From a bacterium (GTDB lineage Bacteria; Desulfobacterota; DSWW01), in contig JANQFG010000037.1 in the NCBI GenBank assembly GCA_028277985.1, positions 194 to 64,193 of the forward strand: a stretch of DNA of 64,000 nt, written 5' to 3'. Positions 17,366 through 25,121 of the stretch are shown one piece after another (position 1 is the first letter of the stretch; each line of letters opens with the position of its first letter). A program made the translations under genes and the position numbers. The notes beneath the pieces are model-generated. The model had not been told where the DNA came from, made no database searches, and saw only the letters and a list, made by a program, of their open reading frames with translations.

Positions 17366-17878
17366 TCAATTCTCCAGGACGAACGCCCATCGGCAGCAAA
17401 CCTCGTCGGGCGACTTCCGAGGGGGAAGTTTCAGGGCCTTCACCTTGATATTCGGGTCCACCGCTGCGGCCAGGGCCTCCAGGTAGGCTCCTTCCACAGG
17501 CTCACAGGTGAGCTTCTCTCTGCCCATCTTCTCCATGGCCATGAGTGAAGGGCAATCGAAGATTTCCATGGCGAGCCGGCTCGGCGAGTCCTCCACGATC
17601 CTGAGCTCCCCCATGCTCCACCACATCGGATCGTGTCGAATGATCTCCTTCAGTGCTTCGAGACCGGTGCCGTTGATGCCGAAGTTCCTGCGAATCCGTT
17701 TGACCACGACCCTTGCATACCCGACCCAGACCTCGACATCCATTTCGAGGGCCTTGTCGTAGTCCGTGGCCTTTTCCACGGCCATGAACCACAGGCCGTC
17801 CACCGCGATGGCGAGCCCGGACATGAATTTCAAGTATCGGATCGCCTCTTCCCTGGAAAGGCTGTCGAGATCCCGCAT
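17366..17878 (-). CDS. DUF6125 family protein
   Basis: AVDGLWFMAVE...A..MD..VW; DCP...C...Y...A..VDP.I......PP......CCRWAF; RBS AGGAG. Confidence 0.8.
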   Translation of the reverse strand: MRDLDSLSREEAIRYLKFMSGLAIAVDGLWFMAVEKATDYDKALEMDVEVWVGYARVVVKRIRRNFGINGTGLEALKEIIRHDPMWWSMGELRIVEDSPSRLAMEIFDCPSLMAMEKMGREKLTCEPVEGAYLEALAAAVDPNIKVKALKLPPRKSPDEVCCRWAFVLEN

Positions 17879-17989
17879 GATGTTGTCTCCTTCTCCCTTT
17901 TTGAAATCGCACGGCGGAAGCCGCCTTTAGAACAATAGAAAAAAAGCGGATTGTGTGTCAAAGTGGGCGGCATGAGGCACTCGCCGCCC

Positions 17990-18066
17990 ATTGCGAGCGT
18001 CAGCGAGGAGATCCCCCTCGCCCAATGGCCTTCTGGGCTTGGGGGTTGCTCCGCTTCGCTCGCAAT
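17990..18066. repeat. REP/RPE-like long imperfect palindrome
   Basis: ATTGCGAGCG...AGCG..GAGATCCCCC paired with GGGGGTTGCT.CGCT.CGCTCGCAAT; preceded by hairpin TGGGCGGC/GCCGCCCA (17964-17990). Confidence 0.65.
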
Positions 18067-18141
18067 ATCCGCACAGTGCGTTCAAGTGCTCGTGTGCAAG
18101 CGTGACAAGTTGCGGTCTACCATTGTCGAGGAGGAGCAAAC

Positions 18142-18963
18142 ATGCCGGACGTGAAGATCAACGACCTGACCATCCACTACGAGGTGGACGATTACACGAA
18201 CCCCTGGGAGGCGTCCGAAACCATCTGGATCCAGCACGGATTCGGGCGGAGCGGCGAGTTCTGGTTTCACTGGGTCCCACCCTTGTGTGGGAGCTATCGT
18301 GTTCTCCGAGTGGATATGCGTGGACATGGGCGCTCCGGGGACCCGCCCGACAGTCACGCATGGACCGTGGATGATCTGCTCAACGACATGCGGGGCGTAA
18401 GCGATGCCCTGAACCTGGGCCCTGTCCATTACGTGGGTGAGTCGGTGGGAGGGATTCTCGGGATCGCCCTTGCCGCCCGCTGGCCCGAGCTTTTCAAGAG
18501 CCTTACCCTGGTTGCCGCGCCGCTTTCGATCCGCCCAGAAATCCAGGAGATCTTTGCCGTGGGCGAGAGTGATTGGCCCACGGCCATGGAGAAGCTCGGA
18601 GGGGACGGATGGATTCGGGGCCTGGTGGATGGTGCCGGGGCCACGCACACCGACCGCCGGGAGGCAAAAGAGGATTGGCTGCTTGCGGAGTGGGCCAAGA
18701 ACCGGCCGAAGATGCTGGGCAACCTGGCCCGGCTGGCCGCAACCGTGAACGTGGAGCCCCTTCTTCCCGACGTCAGCGTTCCGACCCTGATCCTTGCGCC
18801 GGCCAAGAGCCCGATCTCGCCCCTGGACGAACAGGTCAAGATGCGCCAGACGATCCCGAACGCCGAGATCGTGACCGTAGAGGGGTCTTGGCACGAGATC
18901 TACTTCGACGACCCGGAGGCTTGCATCTCGGCCCTGCTCAAGTTCATCGGGTCTCTTGCCTGA
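18142..18963 (+). CDS. Alpha/beta fold hydrolase
   Basis: HGFG, DMRGHGRS, GESVGG, WHEI; RBS GAGGAG. Confidence 0.9.
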   Translation: MPDVKINDLTIHYEVDDYTNPWEASETIWIQHGFGRSGEFWFHWVPPLCGSYRVLRVDMRGHGRSGDPPDSHAWTVDDLLNDMRGVSDALNLGPVHYVGESVGGILGIALAARWPELFKSLTLVAAPLSIRPEIQEIFAVGESDWPTAMEKLGGDGWIRGLVDGAGATHTDRREAKEDWLLAEWAKNRPKMLGNLARLAATVNVEPLLPDVSVPTLILAPAKSPISPLDEQVKMRQTIPNAEIVTVEGSWHEIYFDDPEACISALLKFIGSLA

Positions 18964-19137
18964 CGCTTGGCCGAAAAATTCCTAGCATTTCCAGCATGTT
19001 AGAGGGACGCCCTCCTCTGGACAGGCGGATTTCGATCCGATACTCTGAGAGTAGAATTGCTTTGCCTTGACTCCGTCTCGTTGCCGTCAGGATGGGTGCC
19101 GGGACCGTTCTTGAAGAGACCGAAGAAGAGCGGGAAC

Positions 19138-20496
19138 ATGATGAACAGGATCGTTCGCAATCACTGGCTTTGTCTTCTGCTAACGGCCGCGTGCTCGCTA
19201 TTCCTTGCCGCTCCCGCGCAATCCGTCCCGAAAAAAACGTCCACCGTCATGTGCTACATGAACGGAGACAATGACTTGACCGAAGAAGTGCTTCATGCCG
19301 TCGACCGGATGGAAATGGTTGGCTCCTCCGACGAAGTCAACGTATTCGCTCTGGTGGATGGCGGATCGAGGGCCACACGGTCCTATGGTGACGACTGGAC
19401 AGGGACGAAGTTCCTTCACATCTCCAGAGACGATGTCATCGGAAGATTGGGATCACGAGTCGTCGCAGACCTGGGTGAGAAAAACCTGGCGGACCCAAGC
19501 ACCCTCCATGATTTTGTTGAAGCATGCCTTCGATATCCTGCAGATCGATACATCTTTCTTTTCTTCTCTCACGGAAGAGGGATCATCGACACACGCTCGC
19601 TGAGCATGCCGGGCCCCGAGAAGACCTTGAGTATCTCCCCGGATGACACCGATCGAGCCATTATGACGCACCAACAGTTCCGAGATGCGATCCATCGTGC
19701 CATGGGAGTGAATCGCTTCGATCTGATGGTGCTCTTCTCGTGTCTGACGAACATGGTGGAAGTCGGCTATTCGCTCCGGGACACGACTCGCTACCTGGTG
19801 GCCAGCGAAGATGAGATCCGACTCGTCAATCATCCTCCGGGCACATTCCAGATACGCGGCATCAAGTTCGAGCAACTCCTGGCGATGCTGCGTGACGAGC
19901 CGGATGTTTCTGCGCAGGGCCTGGGACAGGCGGTTGTAGATGCCTACATCGATCAGTACACCCGGGACATCCCGTTGCCCGGCAACGACAGAGGTTTCTC
20001 ATTCAAGCGTTTTGCCGGGGGGCTTTCGCTCATCGATTGCAGCCACTACGATGCAGTCGCGGACCGCCTGGACGCGCTGGCGCGCCATATACAGAAGAAG
20101 ATCGTGGATCCTTCAGATGGCAAGTCCATGCTGGAATCCTTTCGGCGCACACTGGGCAAATCACAGCGATACGGCAGCTTCATGAACCTGGAGTATTACG
20201 ACCTGCAGGATTTTCTTGAGAATCTGAATCGTCAATGCCGGGATCCTGCTACGAAGCGATATTGTAGGGAAGCGATCGAGGAGATTTCCTCAAAACTGGT
20301 CGTCTATGAGAAACACACGAAGGATTGCCGATCCAATGGGGTCTCGATCTATCTCTCTCATTTCCTGATTCCTGAAAACATCTATCGATCTCACCGACAG
20401 ATGTACAGGGCCTGTCTTTTCAGCCGGGAGACCGCCTGGGACGATATGATCGATCTCTTTCGAAACAGGATGAAAGAAGAGGCGTCCGGCCGCTGA
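19138..20496 (+). CDS. Clostripain-related cysteine peptidase (C11), exported
   Basis: Signal peptide; YMNGDNDL, FSHGRG (catalytic His), LFSCL...VEV (catalytic Cys), VASE. Confidence 0.82.
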   Translation: MMNRIVRNHWLCLLLTAACSLFLAAPAQSVPKKTSTVMCYMNGDNDLTEEVLHAVDRMEMVGSSDEVNVFALVDGGSRATRSYGDDWTGTKFLHISRDDVIGRLGSRVVADLGEKNLADPSTLHDFVEACLRYPADRYIFLFFSHGRGIIDTRSLSMPGPEKTLSISPDDTDRAIMTHQQFRDAIHRAMGVNRFDLMVLFSCLTNMVEVGYSLRDTTRYLVASEDEIRLVNHPPGTFQIRGIKFEQLLAMLRDEPDVSAQGLGQAVVDAYIDQYTRDIPLPGNDRGFSFKRFAGGLSLIDCSHYDAVADRLDALARHIQKKIVDPSDGKSMLESFRRTLGKSQRYGSFMNLEYYDLQDFLENLNRQCRDPATKRYCREAIEEISSKLVVYEKHTKDCRSNGVSIYLSHFLIPENIYRSHRQMYRACLFSRETAWDDMIDLFRNRMKEEASGR

Positions 20497-20604
20497 ATCG
20501 ACGAGGTGTTTGTTCCGCGAACGCCAATGTGATCCGTCTGCTGACTTCTGGCATACTCTCCATCAAGCGAACACCAGGAAAAATTCGGTAACACAAAGAC
20601 GAAT

Positions 20605-21093
20605 CTATTTGGGAAGAATGACTGCGTCGATAACGTGTATCACCCCGTTGCTGCAAAGGATGTCCGTCTTCAAGACCTTCGCATTGTCGATGTAGACGAA
20701 TCCGTGTTTCATTCCGATCTTGAACCTCTGGCCGTTAACCGTTTTGGCCATGCTCTTTCCTACAACATCTTCTGCCATCACCATTCCGGGAACGACATGG
20801 TAGGTAAGAATGCTCTGAAGCTTCGCCTTGTTCTCCGGCTTCAACAGATCCTCCAGAGTGCCCTTATGTAACTTCGCAAAGGCTTCGTCCGTCGGGGCGA
20901 AAACCGTAAACGGCCCTTCGCTCTTCAGAGTGTCCACCAGATCGGCGGCTTTCACCGCAGCTACCAGCGTGTTGAAAGACCCCGCCGATACGGCGGTGTC
21001 TACAATGTCTTTCGCCTTGTCGCAGTTATGCGCATATACGTTCAACGCCATGCCCAACACCAGCACCATGGCAATAGCTCCCAACTTTTTCAT
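20605..21093 (-). CDS. Fasciclin (FAS1) domain protein, exported
   Basis: DIVDTA...[11 protein letters not shown]...ILTYHVV...[14 protein letters not shown]; signal peptide MKKLGAIA. Confidence 0.95.
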   Translation of the reverse strand: MKKLGAIAMVLVLGMALNVYAHNCDKAKDIVDTAVSAGSFNTLVAAVKAADLVDTLKSEGPFTVFAPTDEAFAKLHKGTLEDLLKPENKAKLQSILTYHVVPGMVMAEDVVGKSMAKTVNGQRFKIGMKHGFVYIDNAKVLKTDILCSNGVIHVIDAVILPK

Positions 21094-21224
21094 TCCTTTT
21101 TCCTCCTGATCGAAGTCACGCATATATGTGAAGGTGTTCGCTTGATTGAGAGTACGTGAGAAGCCGATACCGCTCTTTCTTTCTAATGGGATGCGTTCAG
21201 CTAACCTTCGGCTCTGCAGGCTGG

Positions 21225-21300
21225 ATGGTAAACGAATGGTAGTGAATCGGTAGTGTCAAATTACCAAAATCGGGTCGAAATGCGTCGAAATTCGGGTCGG
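21225..21300. promoter_or_regulatory. Phased short direct repeats upstream of the fasciclin gene
   Basis: GGTA at 21227, 21238 and 21249 (11-bp period); minus-strand TTGACA at 21259-21254; GTCG(AAA) at 21274, 21284 and 21296. Confidence 0.45.
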
Positions 21301-21451
21301 ACCAAGCCAACTGCTCAATCATAATAGGAAAAGAAGGCAAAGGGGCGTGAATATGCGCCTTAGAGGTCACCTCTTGCGGTCGAGAAACGGCTCTAACCGG
21401 GAAACGAGTGAATGGGATAAGGCTGGCCGACCCGATCGAATCCCGGATGAT

Positions 21452-22045
21452 TCAATCGGTGAGAAGTCTGGAGAGATGGCGATCCAATAGCCGGATTTGC
21501 CTTTTGGGTGGAAAGCGACGGGGTTCGAGTGTGGCCTGAACAATGATCCCGTCGAAGATGGATGCGAGTGTTTCGGCTTCATCCCTGGCCACGAGGTCGG
21601 CCCGGAACAACCCGCTTCTCTGGCCGTCCAGGATGAGTCGCTTCATGCCTTTTCTCCACCAATCGTAGAATTCCTTCTGTACTTCCGCCATCGAAGGATC
21701 CGTAGCCGCGCAACCCCAGAAGGTGATCCAAATCTGGCTCTCCTTGCGACGCTCGGCGTCCAGGGGCAGACCTGCGGCCAGCATTTCGCGCAACGCTTTG
21801 TACGGGGTCAGGCCACTCTCCACCCTCCGGGATCGGGCAATCGCACGGCTCAGGGCAAGCTTGTACGCAAAGACGAGCAGTTCCTTCTTGTTGCTGAAAT
21901 AGTGAGAAAAGGCACCCTTTGACCAGCCCGTTTCCTTCGCAATTTCCCGTGTCGTCGTGCCATCGATTCCCTTCTTTCTGATCACACGCCACGTGGCCTC
22001 CGCGAGCTCCTCGCGCTTGGATTGGTGGTCAACAACTTTCGGCAT
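21452..22045 (-). CDS. TetR family transcriptional regulator (BetI-like C-terminus)
   Basis: MPKVVDH...TTREIAKETGWSKGAFSHYFSNKKEL helix-turn-helix. Confidence 0.93.
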   Translation of the reverse strand: MPKVVDHQSKREELAEATWRVIRKKGIDGTTTREIAKETGWSKGAFSHYFSNKKELLVFAYKLALSRAIARSRRVESGLTPYKALREMLAAGLPLDAERRKESQIWITFWGCAATDPSMAEVQKEFYDWWRKGMKRLILDGQRSGLFRADLVARDEAETLASIFDGIIVQATLEPRRFPPKRQIRLLDRHLSRLLTD

Positions 22046-22125
22046 TCCTCACAACTCCCCTGTCATTCATGGGTTCTCAATTGTCTCAAAAGGGTCCGGA
22101 GGTTCTCGCACGCCCGGCAGTCCTC

Positions 22126-22153
22126 ATCATACGACCCACTCCCCAATTTGCAA
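22126..22153 (-). promoter_or_regulatory. Putative sigma70 promoter of tetR
   Basis: Minus strand TTGCAA, 16 bp, TATGAT. Confidence 0.45.
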
Positions 22154-22213
22154 GTGTGTGCGTCGCCCTTGTTCCTTCGGAAGCGTTCGCCCAAATCTTT
22201 TCTAGTTTTCTTC

Positions 22214-22264
22214 TTGACAGGGTCCGATGTACCACCTATTATTTTGGTCGATCGCCCGGTTTAA
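22214..22264 (+). promoter_or_regulatory. Sigma70 promoter of the amidohydrolase gene with putative TetR operator
   Basis: TTGACA, 17 bp, TATTAT, followed by near-palindrome GGTCGATCGCCC over the likely start site; divergent from tetR. Confidence 0.55.
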
Positions 22265-22324
22265 ATAAAAAGGGACCCATGGAACAAGGAACCAGGGTTC
22301 CACAGCGGACGGAGGTGAGCCCGA

Positions 22325-23269
22325 ATGATAATAGACTTGCACGTGCACCTTTACAACGAAGGCTGGGTGCCCGGTTCCTGGATGAATGCAATCGGCCGAG
22401 CCCTTTCGGCATACATGGGAAAGGACACGGGCGATTTTCCGGATCCGGGACAGCTCACCGCGGAATATGCCGACCAAATGAGAGACGAGACAGGAGACAA
22501 GCTCATCGACGACATGGACGAGGCGGGCGTGGATGTTTCGGTGATCTTCCCTTTGGACTACGCTCTGGGGGCGGATGAGCCTCCCAGTGGAACACCGGAA
22601 TGCATACCCATCGCCGATCAGAACCGCATTTTCGGCGAAATAGCAGAGAAACATGGGGAGCGCCTGGTTCATTTCGTGATGGTCGATCCCCGGCGGAAGG
22701 GCGCGATCTCCATTCTGGAACAAGGAGTGACCAAACAAGGCGCCCGCGGGCTCAAGTTGCATCCTACAACCGGCTTCTATCCGGACGATCCGGTTTGCCA
22801 TCCGTTTTATGAGAAGGCATTGGAGCTGAATGTGCCCGTTATGTTTCACACTGGAACGCAGCCTGCGCCGTTGAAGGCGAAGTATGCACAGCCTGTCTTC
22901 ATAGACAGCGTAGCCGCGGACTTCCCGGATCTCAAGATCATCATGGCACATGTCGGCCATTGCTGGTGGGAAGAGGCACTCACGCTCGCTGGAACCAAAC
23001 CAAATCTCTCCGTTGAATTCAGCGGGTGGCAGCGGGAGTTCCTGATCGATCCGAACAGATTCTATGCGATGCTGCGTCATGCATTGGATGTGATCGGCCC
23101 GTGGCGCGTGATGTATGGGACCGACAATCCCTACCTGAAACTCGCGATGTCGTCGAAAGAGTGGGTCGCGGCGCTAAGAGATGCGCCCAACTCGGACTTC
23201 TCCTTCAGCAAAGAAGAGATGGATATCGTCCTGGGGGCCGCGGCCAGGCGTCTGCTCAAGCTCCCGTGA
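22325..23269 (+). CDS. Amidohydrolase family protein (Amidohydro_2)
   Basis: IIDLHVH, GLKLHP, FHTG, AHVG, MYGTDNPY; RBS GGAGG. Confidence 0.92.
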   Translation: MIIDLHVHLYNEGWVPGSWMNAIGRALSAYMGKDTGDFPDPGQLTAEYADQMRDETGDKLIDDMDEAGVDVSVIFPLDYALGADEPPSGTPECIPIADQNRIFGEIAEKHGERLVHFVMVDPRRKGAISILEQGVTKQGARGLKLHPTTGFYPDDPVCHPFYEKALELNVPVMFHTGTQPAPLKAKYAQPVFIDSVAADFPDLKIIMAHVGHCWWEEALTLAGTKPNLSVEFSGWQREFLIDPNRFYAMLRHALDVIGPWRVMYGTDNPYLKLAMSSKEWVAALRDAPNSDFSFSKEEMDIVLGAAARRLLKLP

Positions 23270-23314
23270 TTGACACAAGAGAAGGCCCGTTCGCCTCAAG
23301 GGGGTCCTTCGCTG

Positions 23315-24880
23315 CTACCGGGCAGCGGGCTGCCCCTGGGAACGCCGCTCGAGCAGATAGACCCCGGCCACGGTGAGGATGGGAAGCACGAGGCTCAGCA
23401 GGACGACACAGATCAGGAGGTGGCCGAGCTCATCGTACTGGCCCCGTTCGATCACGAAGATCTTGTTCACGTACTTCGTTGCTAGGCTGCTGGCAGACAA
23501 GGCGAGGTTGGTAAAGGCGGCCATTACGGCAAAATAGGTCGCCTTCTGGTGCCGCGGCGCTTCCCTGGCGATCCATGCGAGCATCGGGATCATGGCGACC
23601 TGTCCCATGGGGGAGTCGGCCATCGTATCGATGATCGCGATCGTGCGTGCCCCGAAGCCGAAGACAGCCTCTGTCCATTCATGAAATCCATAGTACATGG
23701 CGACATACGGCAGGGACATCACCGTTCCGTACAAGGACAGGAAGACCACGACATAAGGAACCGAACGTCGGCCCATCCAGCTCCGCAGGGCAATCATCCC
23801 GACAATGACCAGGATCGCCGAGATCTGGCGCAGGGTGCCGAAGAAGGCCTCATCGAAACCGAGTACATCGATCTGCCACCAGCCGGCACCCGCACCCGGG
23901 GTGGGCATGGCCCGGAAGATAAACACGATGATCGCGATACCGAGGATTTCTCTCCTCTTGTCCACGCCCATTTCCCGAAGAAGCTGGAGCATCAGAAAGA
24001 CGATGATTCCCAGGGAGCCGAAAAGAATGATTTCCTGTTTCAGAACCAGATCCGACAGCCCCACCAGCAGGGTCACGGCCACAAAGACGGCGCTCCCACC
24101 CAGGATGTACCAGTTCGGCGAAGGCTTCTCGTCCCGGGGATGAAGCATCCCCTGAATCTCATCCTCTTCGAATCCCTGCCGTCGGAGGTGCCTTCTTCTT
24201 CGCCGGTTCATTACGTCTCCGAGGGTTACCCCCATCACGGACACCAGGGGGATGACCAGGGAGATCTTGTACATCAGATCGTAGGAGAAAACCGTAGCGA
24301 GCCAACCACCCAATCCGGCGACCAGGGCACTGCCGCCCACGATGGCGATGCGGCCGAGGGTCTGCATGGTCACGTGCATCCGTTGGAGATCCTCCCTCGG
24401 GATCTCCGACCCGTCGTCACGAACCGGAGGCACGGCCTCCACGGTCATGGCGTCGGCCACCACGTCCTGGAGCATGAAGCCGATGGGTGCGAGCAAGACG
24501 GAGAGGATGTACCAGACGTCCACGGGCAGGATGCCGGCCATTCTTTCCGTGTAACCCGTGAGCCCCACCATGATCATGAGGCTGGAAGCCATCAGGGTGG
24601 CACCCACATAGACAAACCCTGATTTCCAGCGCCAGGCAAGATCGACCAGGTGTCCCACGGGCATCTTCAGAGCCCAGGGCATGCCGGCCCAGAAACCCAG
24701 GCCGGCCAGGAAAGCGGCGCTGAGGCCGAGCTCCTCCTTGACGAAGAAGGATTCGATGATCCCGGTGAAGCTGGAGACCCCTGCCGCGAAGTAGACCATC
24801 AAGGGGGGCAGGTAGCTGAGCCGGAATTCACGAAAGATGCCGAAGAAGTCGTTCTTGAGCCAGTGCCAAAGTGCACGCAT
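23315..24880 (-). CDS. BT1/folate-biopterin-like MFS transporter
   Basis: PWALKMPVGHLVD, QDVVADAMTVE, ATYFAVMAAFTNLA; about 12 TM segments. Start uncertain (24880 or 24934). Confidence 0.75.
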   Translation of the reverse strand: MRALWHWLKNDFFGIFREFRLSYLPPLMVYFAAGVSSFTGIIESFFVKEELGLSAAFLAGLGFWAGMPWALKMPVGHLVDLAWRWKSGFVYVGATLMASSLMIMVGLTGYTERMAGILPVDVWYILSVLLAPIGFMLQDVVADAMTVEAVPPVRDDGSEIPREDLQRMHVTMQTLGRIAIVGGSALVAGLGGWLATVFSYDLMYKISLVIPLVSVMGVTLGDVMNRRRRRHLRRQGFEEDEIQGMLHPRDEKPSPNWYILGGSAVFVAVTLLVGLSDLVLKQEIILFGSLGIIVFLMLQLLREMGVDKRREILGIAIIVFIFRAMPTPGAGAGWWQIDVLGFDEAFFGTLRQISAILVIVGMIALRSWMGRRSVPYVVVFLSLYGTVMSLPYVAMYYGFHEWTEAVFGFGARTIAIIDTMADSPMGQVAMIPMLAWIAREAPRHQKATYFAVMAAFTNLALSASSLATKYVNKIFVIERGQYDELGHLLICVVLLSLVLPILTVAGVYLLERRSQGQPAAR

Positions 24881-24992
24881 TCCGGACCTCTGATCCTGCC
24901 TTGCGGTGTTTTGTCCGTGATCGAGATTCTGCAACTATCTCGTTCCGGGTCTGTGCTTGTCAAGGGCTGGCGGAAGGGCACAATAAGGTGTC

Positions 24993-25085
24993 AGGTATGA
25001 GGTTTTAGGTATTAGCACCCCGCCACTCCGCCATGACGATACTTTCGGGGGAAGGTGGTGGGCTAATGGCTCAGACCTTATACCT
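24993..25085. repeat. Degenerate REPIN-like inverted repeat
   Basis: AGGTATGAGGTTTTAGGTATTAGC pairs imperfectly with GCTAATGGCTCAGACCTTATACCT around a roughly 45-nt spacer. Confidence 0.5.
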
Positions 25086-25121
25086 AACGGCCAGGCTCAA
25101 AGAGTACGGAAGACCGGATAC

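Noticed and set aside
17950-18140. Structured intergenic region as a tRNA or riboswitch
   Set aside because: No cloverleaf with proper D and T arms or known aptamer consensus; better explained as a REP-like palindrome.
19138-21450. Apparently lower-GC stretch as a genomic island
   Set aside because: No integrase, tRNA or flanking repeats; composition was not quantified.
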